Origin: Candidatus Altimarinota bacterium
GTDB taxonomy: Bacteria > Patescibacteriota > Gracilibacteria > CAIRYL01
Assembly (NCBI GenBank): GCA_965250085.1
Contig: OZ252287.1
Coordinates: 1,216,001-1,280,000 of the forward strand
Direction of reading: 5' to 3'
DNA length: 64,000 bases
Under the pieces are notes generated by a model. The model was not told where the DNA came from and did not search any database. It saw only the letters and a list, made by a program, of their open reading frames with translations. This document shows positions 1 to 10,305 of the stretch, in pieces. Within the stretch, counting starts at the first letter, position 1. Every line of letters starts with the position of its first letter. The translations under genes were made by a program, and so were the position numbers.

Positions 1-103
1 CGGGAACATTATATCCAGAATCAAAGATTTATCTATGACTCTTTTATAGAGCCTTGTAATACACTAAAAATTTGTCATACTTGAGTTCGATATATTATTT
101 GTC

Positions 104-1597
104 ATGTCACAACCGTTTTATATCATTACCTCGATTGCCTATGTGAATGCCGCGCCTCATGTGGGGTTTGCCATGGAGGCGATTGAAGCCGATGTAATCG
201 CCAGATGGATGCGACTTCAGGGTCGTGAAGCCTATTTTGTGACGGGGACTGATGAACACGGAGTCAAAATCGCGAAAACAGCTAAAGAACAAGGAATATC
301 TGCAAAAGAACTCTGTGATCTCAATGCAGAAAAATTCCAGGAACTCACAGAAAAACTGAATCTCTCAAATAATGACTTTATCCGCACATCAGATCAACAA
401 AGGCATTGGCCCGGTCCTCAAAAGATCTGGGAACTGATGAAGGAAAAAGGGGATATAGAAAAACGTAAATACACAGCGCTGTATTGCTCTGGATGTGAAG
501 CATTTTATACGGAAAAAGATTTAAATGAAGAAGGAGAATGTCCTTATCATAAAAAAAAACCAGAGACGATTTCGGAAGAAAATTACTTTTTTTGTCTTTC
601 TAAGTACTCAGATCAAATCGCAGAGTTTATAGAATCTGACACTCTCAAAATCACGCCTTCATTCCGCAAAAAAGAGATCCTGAATATGGTCAAAGAAGGG
701 CTTCATGATGTTTCTTTCTCTCGTCCAGTGTCCAAACTGCCCTGGGGAGTTCCAGTGCCCGGAGATGATTCTCAGACAATGTACGTGTGGTGTGATGCTC
801 TGACCAATTATATTTCCGTACTGGGCTTTGGGCGAGATAATGAGAGTTTATTTGAAAAATTCTGGAGTGGAGGAGAAGTGATGCACGTGATTGGGAAAGA
901 TATTGTGCGATTTCATGCAGGAATTTGGATTGGCATGCTGCTTTCTGCAGGCATCAAAATTCCAGAAAATATTTTGGTACATGGATTCCTCACCAGTGAA
1001 GGGCACAAAATGTCCAAAAGCCTGGGCAATGTGGTGGATCCCTTTCTGGAAATAGAAACGTACTCAGCAGACGCCCTGAGATATTTTCTTATTCGCGAAG
1101 TCCCTATAGGACGTGATGCTGATTTTTCTCGTGAACGATTTGAGACGAACTATCAGGCACATCTTGCCAATGGACTGGGAAATCTCTGTTCACGTGTGCA
1201 TAAGCTCTGCGCAGATAATGATGTCCTCACTCCTTCTGAAGAAGAAATATATGCTGATTTTGCAGAAATCCTGCAACAAGGAGAGAAGAATTTACAAGAA
1301 TCAATGGAAGAATTTGCTCTCCATGACGCCCTATCAGCTCTTTTTGATGTTGTGAGCGCTCTGGACAAGAAAATGAACGAACTGGCTCCTTGGGAGCTGA
1401 TCAAGAATGACCCAGAAGAAGGGAAAAAAATTCTCTCTAGCTTTCTTCTTTCTGTGCTCTGGATAGCGCAATATATCGCTCCATTTCTTCCCGAAACATC
1501 AGAAAAAATGAAACAGATGTTTGGAGAAGGAAAAGGAACATTTGGCGAGAGAGTCATGCTGTTTCCTCGACTGGAAAAACTAAAAGAAGAGAATTAA
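104..1597 (+). CDS. metG: Methionine--tRNA ligase (short form)
   Basis: HIGH-like PHVG, GTDEHG, Zn knuckle CSGC/CPYH, YVWCDAL, GKDI and KMSKS motifs. Confidence 0.97.
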   Translation: MSQPFYIITSIAYVNAAPHVGFAMEAIEADVIARWMRLQGREAYFVTGTDEHGVKIAKTAKEQGISAKELCDLNAEKFQELTEKLNLSNNDFIRTSDQQRHWPGPQKIWELMKEKGDIEKRKYTALYCSGCEAFYTEKDLNEEGECPYHKKKPETISEENYFFCLSKYSDQIAEFIESDTLKITPSFRKKEILNMVKEGLHDVSFSRPVSKLPWGVPVPGDDSQTMYVWCDALTNYISVLGFGRDNESLFEKFWSGGEVMHVIGKDIVRFHAGIWIGMLLSAGIKIPENILVHGFLTSEGHKMSKSLGNVVDPFLEIETYSADALRYFLIREVPIGRDADFSRERFETNYQAHLANGLGNLCSRVHKLCADNDVLTPSEEEIYADFAEILQQGEKNLQESMEEFALHDALSALFDVVSALDKKMNELAPWELIKNDPEEGKKILSSFLLSVLWIAQYIAPFLPETSEKMKQMFGEGKGTFGERVMLFPRLEKLKEEN

Positions 1598-1733
1598 CTC
1601 TCCAAAACACCAAATCACTTTTTAATATCTTGTCAAGAATTGTTTCCATTATAATTTTTTGCTTGAAAAAGGTTCTATTTCCCAAATGGGTTTCTCTCTT
1701 CTATACTCTGCTTCGTCTTTAGTAACAAATGGT

Positions 1734-2513
1734 ATGCACACGCCCCCTAAATCTCCGTTTTTTGGGTTTCTCGGTGTCGCTCGTATGAATTTTGAGCGCA
1801 TACTCCGCATTTGGACGCAGACAATATTCCCCCCTATTATTACCACTCTTCTTTATATTTTGGTCTTTGGCTACTCCATTGGTCATGATATTTCTCAAAT
1901 GCACGGAGTACCATACTTGAGTTTCATTCTCCCGGGTCTTATGATGATGTCGGTGATTACGAGTTCATATATGAATACGGCTTTTTCATTTTTTATTGCC
2001 CGTATTCAACAATGGATAGAAGAAATACTGGTGGCTCCGGTTTCGAATGCAGAGCTTATTCTTGGGTTTCTGGTAGGAGGAGTGTTTCGTGGATGTCTTG
2101 TGGGAATCTTGATTTTTGCAGTTGGATTTTTCATGGCAGATATTTCGGTTCAAAACTGGCCACTGGTGATTGCTCTTCTTGTCCTTACGTCTACCATGTT
2201 TGCTTTGGCAGGATTCCTCAATGCGCTTTTTGCCAAGACGTTTGATGGGGTCAATTTTGTGCCTACGTTTATTCTGACGCCTCTTACTTTTCTCGGAGGA
2301 GTGTTTTATTCCCTTGATCGATTACCCGAATTTTGGCAACAAGTTACTGTGCTCAATCCCATTTTCTGGATTATTTCCGGGTTTCGAGAAGGGTTTTACG
2401 GCATTTCTGAAATTCCAATCATTCTCCCTCTGGGGTTTTTGATAATCATGACCATCATTCTTTTTTGGGCATGTTTACATTTTGTGGGAAAGGGAAAGAA
2501 TATCAGAAGTTAG
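1734..2513 (+). CDS. ABC-2 type transporter permease (YadH-like)
   Basis: RIWTQTIFPPII, FILPGLMMM, EEILVAP, PLTFLGGVFY, NPIFWII; multiple TM helices. ATG at 1734 preferred over the track start at 1659. No ATPase gene adjacent. Confidence 0.88.
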   Translation: MHTPPKSPFFGFLGVARMNFERILRIWTQTIFPPIITTLLYILVFGYSIGHDISQMHGVPYLSFILPGLMMMSVITSSYMNTAFSFFIARIQQWIEEILVAPVSNAELILGFLVGGVFRGCLVGILIFAVGFFMADISVQNWPLVIALLVLTSTMFALAGFLNALFAKTFDGVNFVPTFILTPLTFLGGVFYSLDRLPEFWQQVTVLNPIFWIISGFREGFYGISEIPIILPLGFLIIMTIILFWACLHFVGKGKNIRS

Positions 2514-2919
2514 CTAGTTTTTTCACCGAGAGCACAATTGCACCGATGGCAGTCGCAACACTTCCAGCAACAGCGGTGGAAATTGTGGCAACTACTGTGG
2601 AAGGTGCTGCCAGTTCTTTGGGAGGGAGATCATTGTAGAGGGAACTGGGATCAATAAAATCTGGAATATTAGGATATAAATTCATCTCAAAGATATTGTG
2701 CAGAACTCTTTGAAGAGCTTCTCCTTCTAATATTTCAGGGTGACGCGATAAGACTTCAGAAACTTGCTCGGCGATAGAGTGAGCCATCTTGCTGTTGTTG
2801 AGCAGACCATCTATAAATACAATCGAGCATGCGGTTATTCCTGTTATCACCAAAGGAATTACTATTTCTTTGCTTTTGTATGCCAATGAGTTTTCAAAAC
2901 CTTCTGGAGCTTCAATCAT
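2503..2919 (-). CDS. Hypothetical membrane protein with two hydrophobic segments
   Basis: 138-aa ORF filling the gap between convergent/divergent genes; N- and C-terminal TM-like stretches. Confidence 0.65.
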   Translation of the reverse strand: MIEAPEGFENSLAYKSKEIVIPLVITGITACSIVFIDGLLNNSKMAHSIAEQVSEVLSRHPEILEGEALQRVLHNIFEMNLYPNIPDFIDPSSLYNDLPPKELAAPSTVVATISTAVAGSVATAIGAIVLSVKKLANF

Positions 2920-3043
2920 TGTGAGGAGATTAATAGGAACTGATTATTGTCTTTTTATAGAAAAAGTCAAGTCGTGATCTTTGTGCTCAGAAGAGAGATT
3001 ATGAGAAAATCTCCCGGCATTTATTTTTTAACCCCTCAAGCAC

Positions 3044-3349
3044 ATGAGTATGTTTGGACAAGCAAAGGATATGTACAAAATGCAGAAGCAGGCAAAGGAG
3101 ATTAAGAAAAAACTCAAAAATATTCATATCGAAGCCGAATCAAATGGGATAACGGTTGTGATGAGTGCGGAACAAGAAATTGTTTCTGTTGATATTCCAG
3201 AAGAACTTCTTGCAGCGGAAAAAAAGTCTCTGGTGCAGTCGTCTCTCATAGAGGCTCTGAAAAAAGCGACCAAAAAGGCACAAGAGGTATCCGCCTTGGA
3301 AATGCGGTCTATTATGGGAGATATGGGGTTTCCCGGAGTGGGGCAATAG
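3044..3349 (+). CDS. ybaB: YbaB/EbfC family nucleoid-associated protein
   Basis: 101 aa; MQKQAKEIKKKL...IEAESNGITVVMSAEQEIVSVDI pattern, Met/Gly-rich tail. Confidence 0.9.
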   Translation: MSMFGQAKDMYKMQKQAKEIKKKLKNIHIEAESNGITVVMSAEQEIVSVDIPEELLAAEKKSLVQSSLIEALKKATKKAQEVSALEMRSIMGDMGFPGVGQ

Positions 3350-3350
3350 G

Positions 3351-3405
3351 CAATTACCCGTTCGACAAGCTCAGGGCAAGCGAATTACAAATTACGAATT
3401 ACAAA
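3351..3405 (+). repeat. TTACNAA heptamer array interrupted by a CCGTTCGACAAGCTCAGGG micro-element
   Basis: caattac|ccgttcgacaagctcagggcaag|cgaa TTACAAA TTACGAA TTACAAA TG; the last A is the A of the mltG ATG. Confidence 0.8.
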
Positions 3406-4406
3406 TGAAACTACTACAAATTCATAAGATTTTTATTGTATGTCTGTGCGTGGCACTCGTGTTATTTGGAGGTATGTGGTATCAGTTTCAAAACATAGTA
3501 AAAACACCCAATAGTGGAACAGAAGAGGCAGAATTGCTGAATATAGAAAAGGGAAGTACGGTGCGTGATATTGCTCATGCACTGCACAGGCAAGATTTTA
3601 TTCCTTCTCAGTGGGCATTTCTCTGGCACGCAAAAAGAGAAGGTATTGAAGAGAAATTTCAAGCAGGTCGATTTTATCTTCCCAAAAATCTTACAATTCC
3701 AGAAGTAGCCAATAAACTCCTGAATGGCAAAGGAAGGGAAGAGTTTTTTACCATTCCTGAAGGGCTCACATTGCAAGAAATTGATGAACGCATTGCAAAA
3801 AAGGGATATGCAGAGAAGGGAAGTCTTTTGGAATGTATACAAGAGGTATGTGATTTTTCTGAATTTTTATTTCTCCCGAAAGAAAGAACAGCTTGGGAAG
3901 GATATTTTTTTCCCGAAACATATGCGGTGCAGCCAGTAAATTTTTCTGCGGAATTGCTGGCAAAAAAAATGCTGAGTGAATTTGAAAAACGTGCTCGAAA
4001 ACTTAAAATTTTTGATGCAGAAAATCTGGAAGAAATCATCATTATGGCTTCTCTCATAGAGGAAGAAAGTCGTAAGGATGAAGAGCGACCCATTATTTCC
4101 GGTATTCTCTGGAAACGATTGGAAGAGGGGATACCTCTGGGAGTAGATGCGACGGTCAGATATTTTACTGGCAAAAAGACCGAACCTCTTACGATTCAAG
4201 ATTTGGAAGCAGACAATCCCTACAATACCCGCAAAAATCTGGACCTCCCCCCCACGGCTATTGCTGGTCCTGGAGAAGCCTCCCTCGATGCTGCGGCGAA
4301 TCCTGAAGAGTCGGAAAATTACTACTATCTTCATGATGAAGATGGGCAGATTCATTATGCTCGTACCAATGCAGAGCATAATAAAAATAAGCGGAAGTAT
4401 TTATAG
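3405..4406 (+). CDS. mltG: Endolytic transglycosylase MltG (YceG family)
   Basis: N-terminal TM, TIPEG, EGYFFPETY, MASLIEEE, LGVDATVRY, NPYNTR, LPPTAI. Confidence 0.95.
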   Translation: MKLLQIHKIFIVCLCVALVLFGGMWYQFQNIVKTPNSGTEEAELLNIEKGSTVRDIAHALHRQDFIPSQWAFLWHAKREGIEEKFQAGRFYLPKNLTIPEVANKLLNGKGREEFFTIPEGLTLQEIDERIAKKGYAEKGSLLECIQEVCDFSEFLFLPKERTAWEGYFFPETYAVQPVNFSAELLAKKMLSEFEKRARKLKIFDAENLEEIIIMASLIEEESRKDEERPIISGILWKRLEEGIPLGVDATVRYFTGKKTEPLTIQDLEADNPYNTRKNLDLPPTAIAGPGEASLDAAANPEESENYYYLHDEDGQIHYARTNAEHNKNKRKYL

Positions 4407-4416
4407 ATACAGTATC

Positions 4417-6780
4417 CTAGTTACTCAACACGTGCTCAATCTTTGTAGTTGATTCGTCTGCTTCACCCAAATCAATCCATTGGATATTTACACCATCTTC
4501 TCCATCATCAGTGCCGGCATCGCGCCAAATAATGCCATCAACTCCTGGGAATGATCCATTAATATCAATACTGGTGACCACTTGGGCATCACCTCCAGTG
4601 AGAGCAATATCGGCACGGATAGAATAGGTTTCTGAAGGATTTTTGATGCCGTCATACAAATCTCCACTGCTGGTAGGAAGTTCTGCGAGAGAGCTGGTAT
4701 TGAAGAGAAGACCATTGGCACCAGCTGATCCGGCATCGTTTGCACCGTCTCCATTGCTGTCTTCTATGCCCGCAGTCAAGATGTATGTATTACCAGATGT
4801 CGGCACTTTGCTGTAGGAGATGAGCTCATTACTGCTGTTATAGAGACCCACATTATCAATGGTAACACCTCCGGAAATAGAGACATCTGCCTCCACGGCA
4901 TGTAAAAATGCATCGGAAGAATTTGCTTTGGTCAGGGTCAATCTCAAAAGATCATCTTGCGAAGCAGGAACGAGATTTGTTGAATCATCCACTTTTTCTG
5001 CTATGACGTTATTGGCAAATACATACATGGTGTTTCCTTTTGTATTTCCACTGAGAGTAGCAAGAGAGATTTCATTGCCAGAATCCACTCCGCGCACAGT
5101 ACTTTCTCCAGTGGTATCTATTTCTAGAGCAAATGCCATGCCCGATCGAGCACTGGTATTGTCTGAAACTTCTTTGAGCTGTACCGCCACCATAAAGAGC
5201 AAGTCATCGTCTTCATCCGCAATAAGGTTCAAATCTTCAAAAAAAGCACTCCCGCTCGAAATACTGACAGTTCTTGCCGCTGATCCATTTTTGGTCAACA
5301 CTGGCGCACCAGTAGATCCATCATAAAGAGCTACTTCTGCAATAGCATTGTGATCATTAGCAATATCAATTCCCAACTCACTAGTAGTGTCGGCATTTAC
5401 AATTTTAAGAGTGATGTCTTCTATATGAGCCGATTCGTTCTGAGCTTCAAACTCAAATATGGCAACCGGCACATCTTCCTCGCCAGAAACAATGGCTTCA
5501 TCAGGGGTATTGGACCCACTTACGGCTCCTCCCAAACTTCCCACTTCAGTGAGGGTAAACACCGGTCCTGTGCTTATGCCGGAGTTGGAAATAGTTACGG
5601 AATTTCCAATACTGTCTTCTATCTCAAGCTCGCTCATATCCAGTTCCATTTGAAGAGTTGCTCCATCTGCAGAAAGAGAAGAGGCAATATTCACCTGGAG
5701 AGATATGATGACTTCTGCACCACTGGGGATATGAATTCCTGAGGACCCATTGAGCAGAGTCAATGTGCCGCCTTGCAGAGTATCTGACGTATTTACCAGG
5801 AGGGTATTACTTCCGCTTTCCGCTGCTTTGAGATGAAACTGCAAAGTATCTCCGTCCAGTGCAGTGCCGATACTCTGAAATACCATTTTTCGAATGGTGA
5901 TATCACGAACACTATTGGCTCGAAATATACTCGTCCAGACAGGAGCATTTTTGGTGCCAGCAACATAGGTATTGGATACCAAAGTGCTTGAAAGAGCTTC
6001 TCCACTGGTGTCATCGGTTTCTTTTTCTGAAGGACTTTCTTCATTTGGTTCTGGTGAAGTCTCATCAGATTGGGCGCCATTCTTTTCTTTAAGGAGCCTA
6101 TAGAGAGCCACAGCTACTTCGTTTCTCGTGAGATCTTGATGAGGAAGCAAGAGATCAGATCTCTTTGGAAAGAGCGTATATTTTTCGGAAGCACCTGAAT
6201 ATGGTGCAAACCAGTCACTGGACGAGACATCTTCGTATAAGTAGCTCAAATTTTCTTCCAGTTCAAAGGTCTTCACAATCATTTTGAGAAATTGAGATGT
6301 TGTCACTGGATCGGCCGGACCAAAGGTGCCATCTCCGTACCCATTGACGATAAAAAGCTCCAATCCTTTGAGGACATATCGTTCATACCATGCTCCTGAA
6401 GGAACATCAGTAAAAAAATTACTACTTCGAAAATCAGTTATTTCTCCATATTTTGCAAGCAATATCATCTTGAGTGCTTCTGCACGATTCACCAGTCGCA
6501 ATCCTTCAAAATTTCCGTTTTCTGCTCCATTTACCACACTCCGTCTCCAAAGTTCTGCAGCAGATCCCCCCTCCAGAGACTCCAAATTTGTGTCTGGAAA
6601 AGGATTTTGGTATGAAGAAAATATCACCAGCACTTCATCATCTAGTTCTGCCGTAGGAAGAGTTTGAGACTCTTGAGCCACTACGTCTATTGAAAAGAAA
6701 GACAGAGCGCTGATGAGAAAAAAAGTACAGAGTTTTAGAGATTGTATACGCCAAGAGGCAACAATAGATTTCATAAACAT
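4417..6780 (-). CDS. S-layer homology (SLH) domain surface protein with C-terminal beta-sandwich repeats
   Basis: Signal-like N-terminus; SLH repeats (VNRAEALKM, FTDVPSGAWY, VNGYGDGTFGP, LTRNEVA). Start codon uncertain (6774/6780/6819). Confidence 0.85.
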   Translation of the reverse strand: MFMKSIVASWRIQSLKLCTFFLISALSFFSIDVVAQESQTLPTAELDDEVLVIFSSYQNPFPDTNLESLEGGSAAELWRRSVVNGAENGNFEGLRLVNRAEALKMILLAKYGEITDFRSSNFFTDVPSGAWYERYVLKGLELFIVNGYGDGTFGPADPVTTSQFLKMIVKTFELEENLSYLYEDVSSSDWFAPYSGASEKYTLFPKRSDLLLPHQDLTRNEVAVALYRLLKEKNGAQSDETSPEPNEESPSEKETDDTSGEALSSTLVSNTYVAGTKNAPVWTSIFRANSVRDITIRKMVFQSIGTALDGDTLQFHLKAAESGSNTLLVNTSDTLQGGTLTLLNGSSGIHIPSGAEVIISLQVNIASSLSADGATLQMELDMSELEIEDSIGNSVTISNSGISTGPVFTLTEVGSLGGAVSGSNTPDEAIVSGEEDVPVAIFEFEAQNESAHIEDITLKIVNADTTSELGIDIANDHNAIAEVALYDGSTGAPVLTKNGSAARTVSISSGSAFFEDLNLIADEDDDLLFMVAVQLKEVSDNTSARSGMAFALEIDTTGESTVRGVDSGNEISLATLSGNTKGNTMYVFANNVIAEKVDDSTNLVPASQDDLLRLTLTKANSSDAFLHAVEADVSISGGVTIDNVGLYNSSNELISYSKVPTSGNTYILTAGIEDSNGDGANDAGSAGANGLLFNTSSLAELPTSSGDLYDGIKNPSETYSIRADIALTGGDAQVVTSIDINGSFPGVDGIIWRDAGTDDGEDGVNIQWIDLGEADESTTKIEHVLSN

Positions 6781-6903
6781 ACAAAGTAAAATATATTGCA
6801 AGGGTCTGGAGTATATCACATGGCGTCAAGACCCCAGCAAAATATATCGACTTTTTGTGGTAGAATGCGCCAAAATGCCTGTGAAATTGATTTGGTATAC
6901 ATC

Positions 6904-7833
6904 ATGAAAAAAAAGAAGGTTCTCTTTTGGGGCACTCCGGCGATTGCAGCGCATATTCTGCAAATGCTTGCTCAGAGCAACATTTTTGAAATTTCTGCGG
7001 TTGTTACAAATCCAGATGCACCCCAGGGAAGAGGGCAACAAATGATGCCGTCTCCCGTAAAAGAAACAGCAGGAAAAATCAATGTTCCAGTGCTCACTCC
7101 TCATAAACTCGATAATGATTTTTTTCAGGCACTTGATGAGATATCTGCAGATCTGTTTTTGGTCGTGGCATACGGGAAAATCCTTCCACAAAAATTTCTT
7201 GATCTCCCTTCGCTGGGAGCATATAACCTGCACTTTTCTCTGCTTCCGAAATACAGAGGAGCGTCTCCAGTGCAAAGTACACTTCTGACGGGTGAAAAGA
7301 TGTCGGGATTTAGTATATTTCGCCTGACAAAAGAAATGGATGCAGGAGATATTTTTGTTCAAGAGGAGATGAATATTTTTCACAAAAATTCACAAGAGGT
7401 TTTTGATAATATGGTGCAGAAGGGAGGAAAAGCACTTGTACAATTTACGGAGAATATGTGTGAAGGAAAGCAAGGATTCTCATTCACTCAAGATGACAGG
7501 AATGCCACATATTGCCAAAAACTTAAGAAATCTGATGGGCAAATTTTTCCAGAAAAAGAAACCACCGAAGAAATTCTGAGAAAATATAGAGCGTTTTACC
7601 TCTGGCCTGGAACGTATTATGTTGATCCAAAGACAAATACGCGTATCAAACTTCTAAAAATAGCCCCTTTCAAAAGGGAGAACACTCTTCATACAGATTC
7701 TCGATTTAGTGAAGTGGCTGGAGAATGTGTTTTTAAAACTGTGGACGGGGTTTTAGCTATTCTCAATGTTCAAGTGGAAGGAAAAAAACCAATGAGCGGC
7801 ATGGAGTTTTGGAACTTCTGGAAACAGGACTAA
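6904..7833 (+). CDS. fmt: Methionyl-tRNA formyltransferase
   Basis: FWGTP, VVTNPDAPQGRG, VAYGKILP, NLHFSLLPKYRGASP, MDAGDI. ATG at 6904 chosen. Confidence 0.95.
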   Translation: MKKKKVLFWGTPAIAAHILQMLAQSNIFEISAVVTNPDAPQGRGQQMMPSPVKETAGKINVPVLTPHKLDNDFFQALDEISADLFLVVAYGKILPQKFLDLPSLGAYNLHFSLLPKYRGASPVQSTLLTGEKMSGFSIFRLTKEMDAGDIFVQEEMNIFHKNSQEVFDNMVQKGGKALVQFTENMCEGKQGFSFTQDDRNATYCQKLKKSDGQIFPEKETTEEILRKYRAFYLWPGTYYVDPKTNTRIKLLKIAPFKRENTLHTDSRFSEVAGECVFKTVDGVLAILNVQVEGKKPMSGMEFWNFWKQD

Positions 7834-7838
7834 AACAT

Positions 7839-7868
7839 TTGACAAAAATACATAAAAGTACGTAATAT
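7839..7868 (+). promoter_or_regulatory. Putative sigma70 promoter for the 7893 gene
   Basis: TTGACA (7839-7844), 18-nt spacer, TAATAT (7863-7868). Confidence 0.5.
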
Positions 7869-7892
7869 ACTACTATAAGTAGCATAAACAAT

Positions 7893-8729
7893 ATGGCAGA
7901 ATCACCTTCTCAAAAATCATTCGTAGTGCATAGGCCGAATCCTACGGAACAGATTTGTAAAACACTCACCTCCGCTCCTGATATAGATACTGTACAGAGA
8001 GAGCTCATTCATATTTTCAGAGGATTGGGAATTGTAGAAGAAGACATTGGAAATATGGTAGAAAATTCCATAGGAAATAAAAACTTGAAAGAAATTCAGG
8101 CAGCAATTCATGCAAAAGTAGTAGATCAAGATTTACGAAATGCTTCCATAGTCTCCAGAATAAGACTCGCTCCCCTTCGAAGGCATTATGAATCTCTCAC
8201 TGAGTTAGATCGCAAGTATAACGAAAAATTTCGGAAATGGAATGAAGTGGAAAGAGCAATTCCTCATATGTCTGATTTCTTGTCAGGAATAGATTCCTTA
8301 GAGCAAGCTCAAGTGTATTATATTGATGATAATGGTCACCTTATAGTAGGTGATGGATGGCCAGAAGTCGAAACAGAAACTTTAGGACTTGATTATTATA
8401 CATCCCGACTGCAAGCAACAAGACTGTCATATGTGAATGGTGATGGAGAAATTGAAGTCGTAAATGGCGAGGAAACAAAAACGCCTCCTGAAGCAAAAAT
8501 TATCTCAAAAAAAGGCCTCATAACTCTGAAAGAATATAAACATGTGAATAGATCCAGATTTGAGGCACAAGCGACAACAACATGGATTGAAAGTGGCGAA
8601 AATCCTGAGTTTGCCAGGATTGCTTTTTGGGATATAAATAATCGAGTTACTTCGTATGAATGTGACTCCAATACTACAAAAAAAATGCGCGGGTCGCGTC
8701 GTGTGTTGAGGGTCAAATTGGATCTTTAA
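7893..8729 (+). CDS. Hypothetical protein with a DUF4256-like (C-type lectin-like fold) C-terminal domain
   Basis: W.EVE.AI, LIT..EY, TTTWIE and C-terminal RGSRRVLRV resemble the DUF4256 ending RGFRGSLRV (recalled, not searched). Confidence 0.55.
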   Translation: MAESPSQKSFVVHRPNPTEQICKTLTSAPDIDTVQRELIHIFRGLGIVEEDIGNMVENSIGNKNLKEIQAAIHAKVVDQDLRNASIVSRIRLAPLRRHYESLTELDRKYNEKFRKWNEVERAIPHMSDFLSGIDSLEQAQVYYIDDNGHLIVGDGWPEVETETLGLDYYTSRLQATRLSYVNGDGEIEVVNGEETKTPPEAKIISKKGLITLKEYKHVNRSRFEAQATTTWIESGENPEFARIAFWDINNRVTSYECDSNTTKKMRGSRRVLRVKLDL

Positions 8730-8850
8730 TCTTAAGTTTTTCTCCTTGGAATATGTCGTATGTCAGCTTGGTGTTATATATATCAAAATGAGACAAAGAT
8801 ATAAATCTTGATCTTGACGAATAGTCAATGATGGGTGACAACAGAAAAAA

Positions 8851-10170
8851 TCACGAGTGTAAAAACCTTTCTCCCACTTCATGTACCGGTCCAGCTCCAA
8901 TAGTGAGGACAACATCTCCAGATTTTGTTTCGTTTCGTAAAATCTGCACTGCGCCTTCAAAATTTTCTGTATATCGTACCTGCTGAGAAGCAGAAATATT
9001 TTTTTGTATTTCTTCCACAAGTTTCTGAGGAGACACTTTTTGTACATCTTCATCAGAGTCTCGTACGCGATAGATATTAGGGATGAGTACTTCATCAGCA
9101 TTCGCAAAGCTTTTCCCAAATGCTTCCAAAAATTCATATGTGCGCGAATATTGATGGGGCTGAAACACGACCCATTTCTTTCGATCGGGATATGTTTGAC
9201 TCAGTGCCTCAAGTGTCACCTTGAGCTCTGTGGGATGATGACCATAGTCATCAATGACGGTGACGCTATTTTTTTCTCCTTTGTACTCAAAGCGACGCCA
9301 TGAACCCTTGAAATCTTTTAAAGCACCTTTGGCGGTTTCTATATCTAATTTTCCCTGAAAGGGTGCGAGGTTCTCAGCTCCTATAAAGAACCCCAGGACT
9401 TTAGCTGCATTTTGACGATGATACTCACCCTTGAGTTGAAGCTGCGGAACTTCAGAGACAAGATCATGAGTAAATATCTCTTTGCCCGTAAACTTGTGTG
9501 CAACACGCTGAACAATTTCATCTGTAAAGTCTGCAACCAGCATTCCTTTGGCAATACCAAGTTTTCCAATAAATTTTTCAAATCCTCGAAAATACTTTTC
9601 AGCAGAGCCATAGTAATCCAAGTGTTCCGGTTCTACATTGGTCAGAAGAATACTGTCTGGATCAAGATACAAAAACGATTCTCGATATTCACAGGCTTCT
9701 ATCACCAGTACGTCACTCTTGCCATCTCTAAAATTTTTGTTTCCCCACTCAAAAACCTTGGTGCCCACCAAAACGGTAGGATCTATTCCAGCTTTTTCTA
9801 AAGCAAGCGCAATCATAACAGTAGTACTGCTTTTTCCGTGTGTACCAGCAATAGCAATTGTATATGTATTTCGTGAAATATCTCCTAAAGCCTCAAAATA
9901 ACTTGCCTCAGGTATGCCATTTTTACGCGCAAAGAGTCTTTCTGAATGGTTCTCCGGGATGGCTTCGCTGTATATAAATCTCTCAATATATTGGGGAATA
10001 TTTTGCGCACTCTGTTTACGAAACACAGTGATTCCTTCATTCTCAAGTTCAGAAAGAAGATCAGAATCAGTGTTATCGCTCCCAAAGACAGTGTATTCAT
10101 GTGCCTTGTAATATCGTGCGAGTGCACTCATTCCAATACCGCCAATACCGCAAAGAAAAACTGTATTCAT
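8851..10170 (-). CDS. murC: UDP-N-acetylmuramate--L-alanine ligase
   Basis: GIGGIGMSALA, AGTHGKSSTT, IEACEY, EPEHLDYY, DDYGHHPTE, FQPHQYSRT. Confidence 0.96.
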   Translation of the reverse strand: MNTVFLCGIGGIGMSALARYYKAHEYTVFGSDNTDSDLLSELENEGITVFRKQSAQNIPQYIERFIYSEAIPENHSERLFARKNGIPEASYFEALGDISRNTYTIAIAGTHGKSSTTVMIALALEKAGIDPTVLVGTKVFEWGNKNFRDGKSDVLVIEACEYRESFLYLDPDSILLTNVEPEHLDYYGSAEKYFRGFEKFIGKLGIAKGMLVADFTDEIVQRVAHKFTGKEIFTHDLVSEVPQLQLKGEYHRQNAAKVLGFFIGAENLAPFQGKLDIETAKGALKDFKGSWRRFEYKGEKNSVTVIDDYGHHPTELKVTLEALSQTYPDRKKWVVFQPHQYSRTYEFLEAFGKSFANADEVLIPNIYRVRDSDEDVQKVSPQKLVEEIQKNISASQQVRYTENFEGAVQILRNETKSGDVVLTIGAGPVHEVGERFLHS

Positions 10171-10305
10171 AGACTACAGGATTTTCTCATGCAATATGCT
10201 ATCAGGTAAAGATATATCATGTTGTAAACCTGCTTTTATTGCCTTCTCCGGTTAAATTTTTTTACAATGATGTTACCAAAATCTTATTCTTTTAAAACAT
10301 AACTC

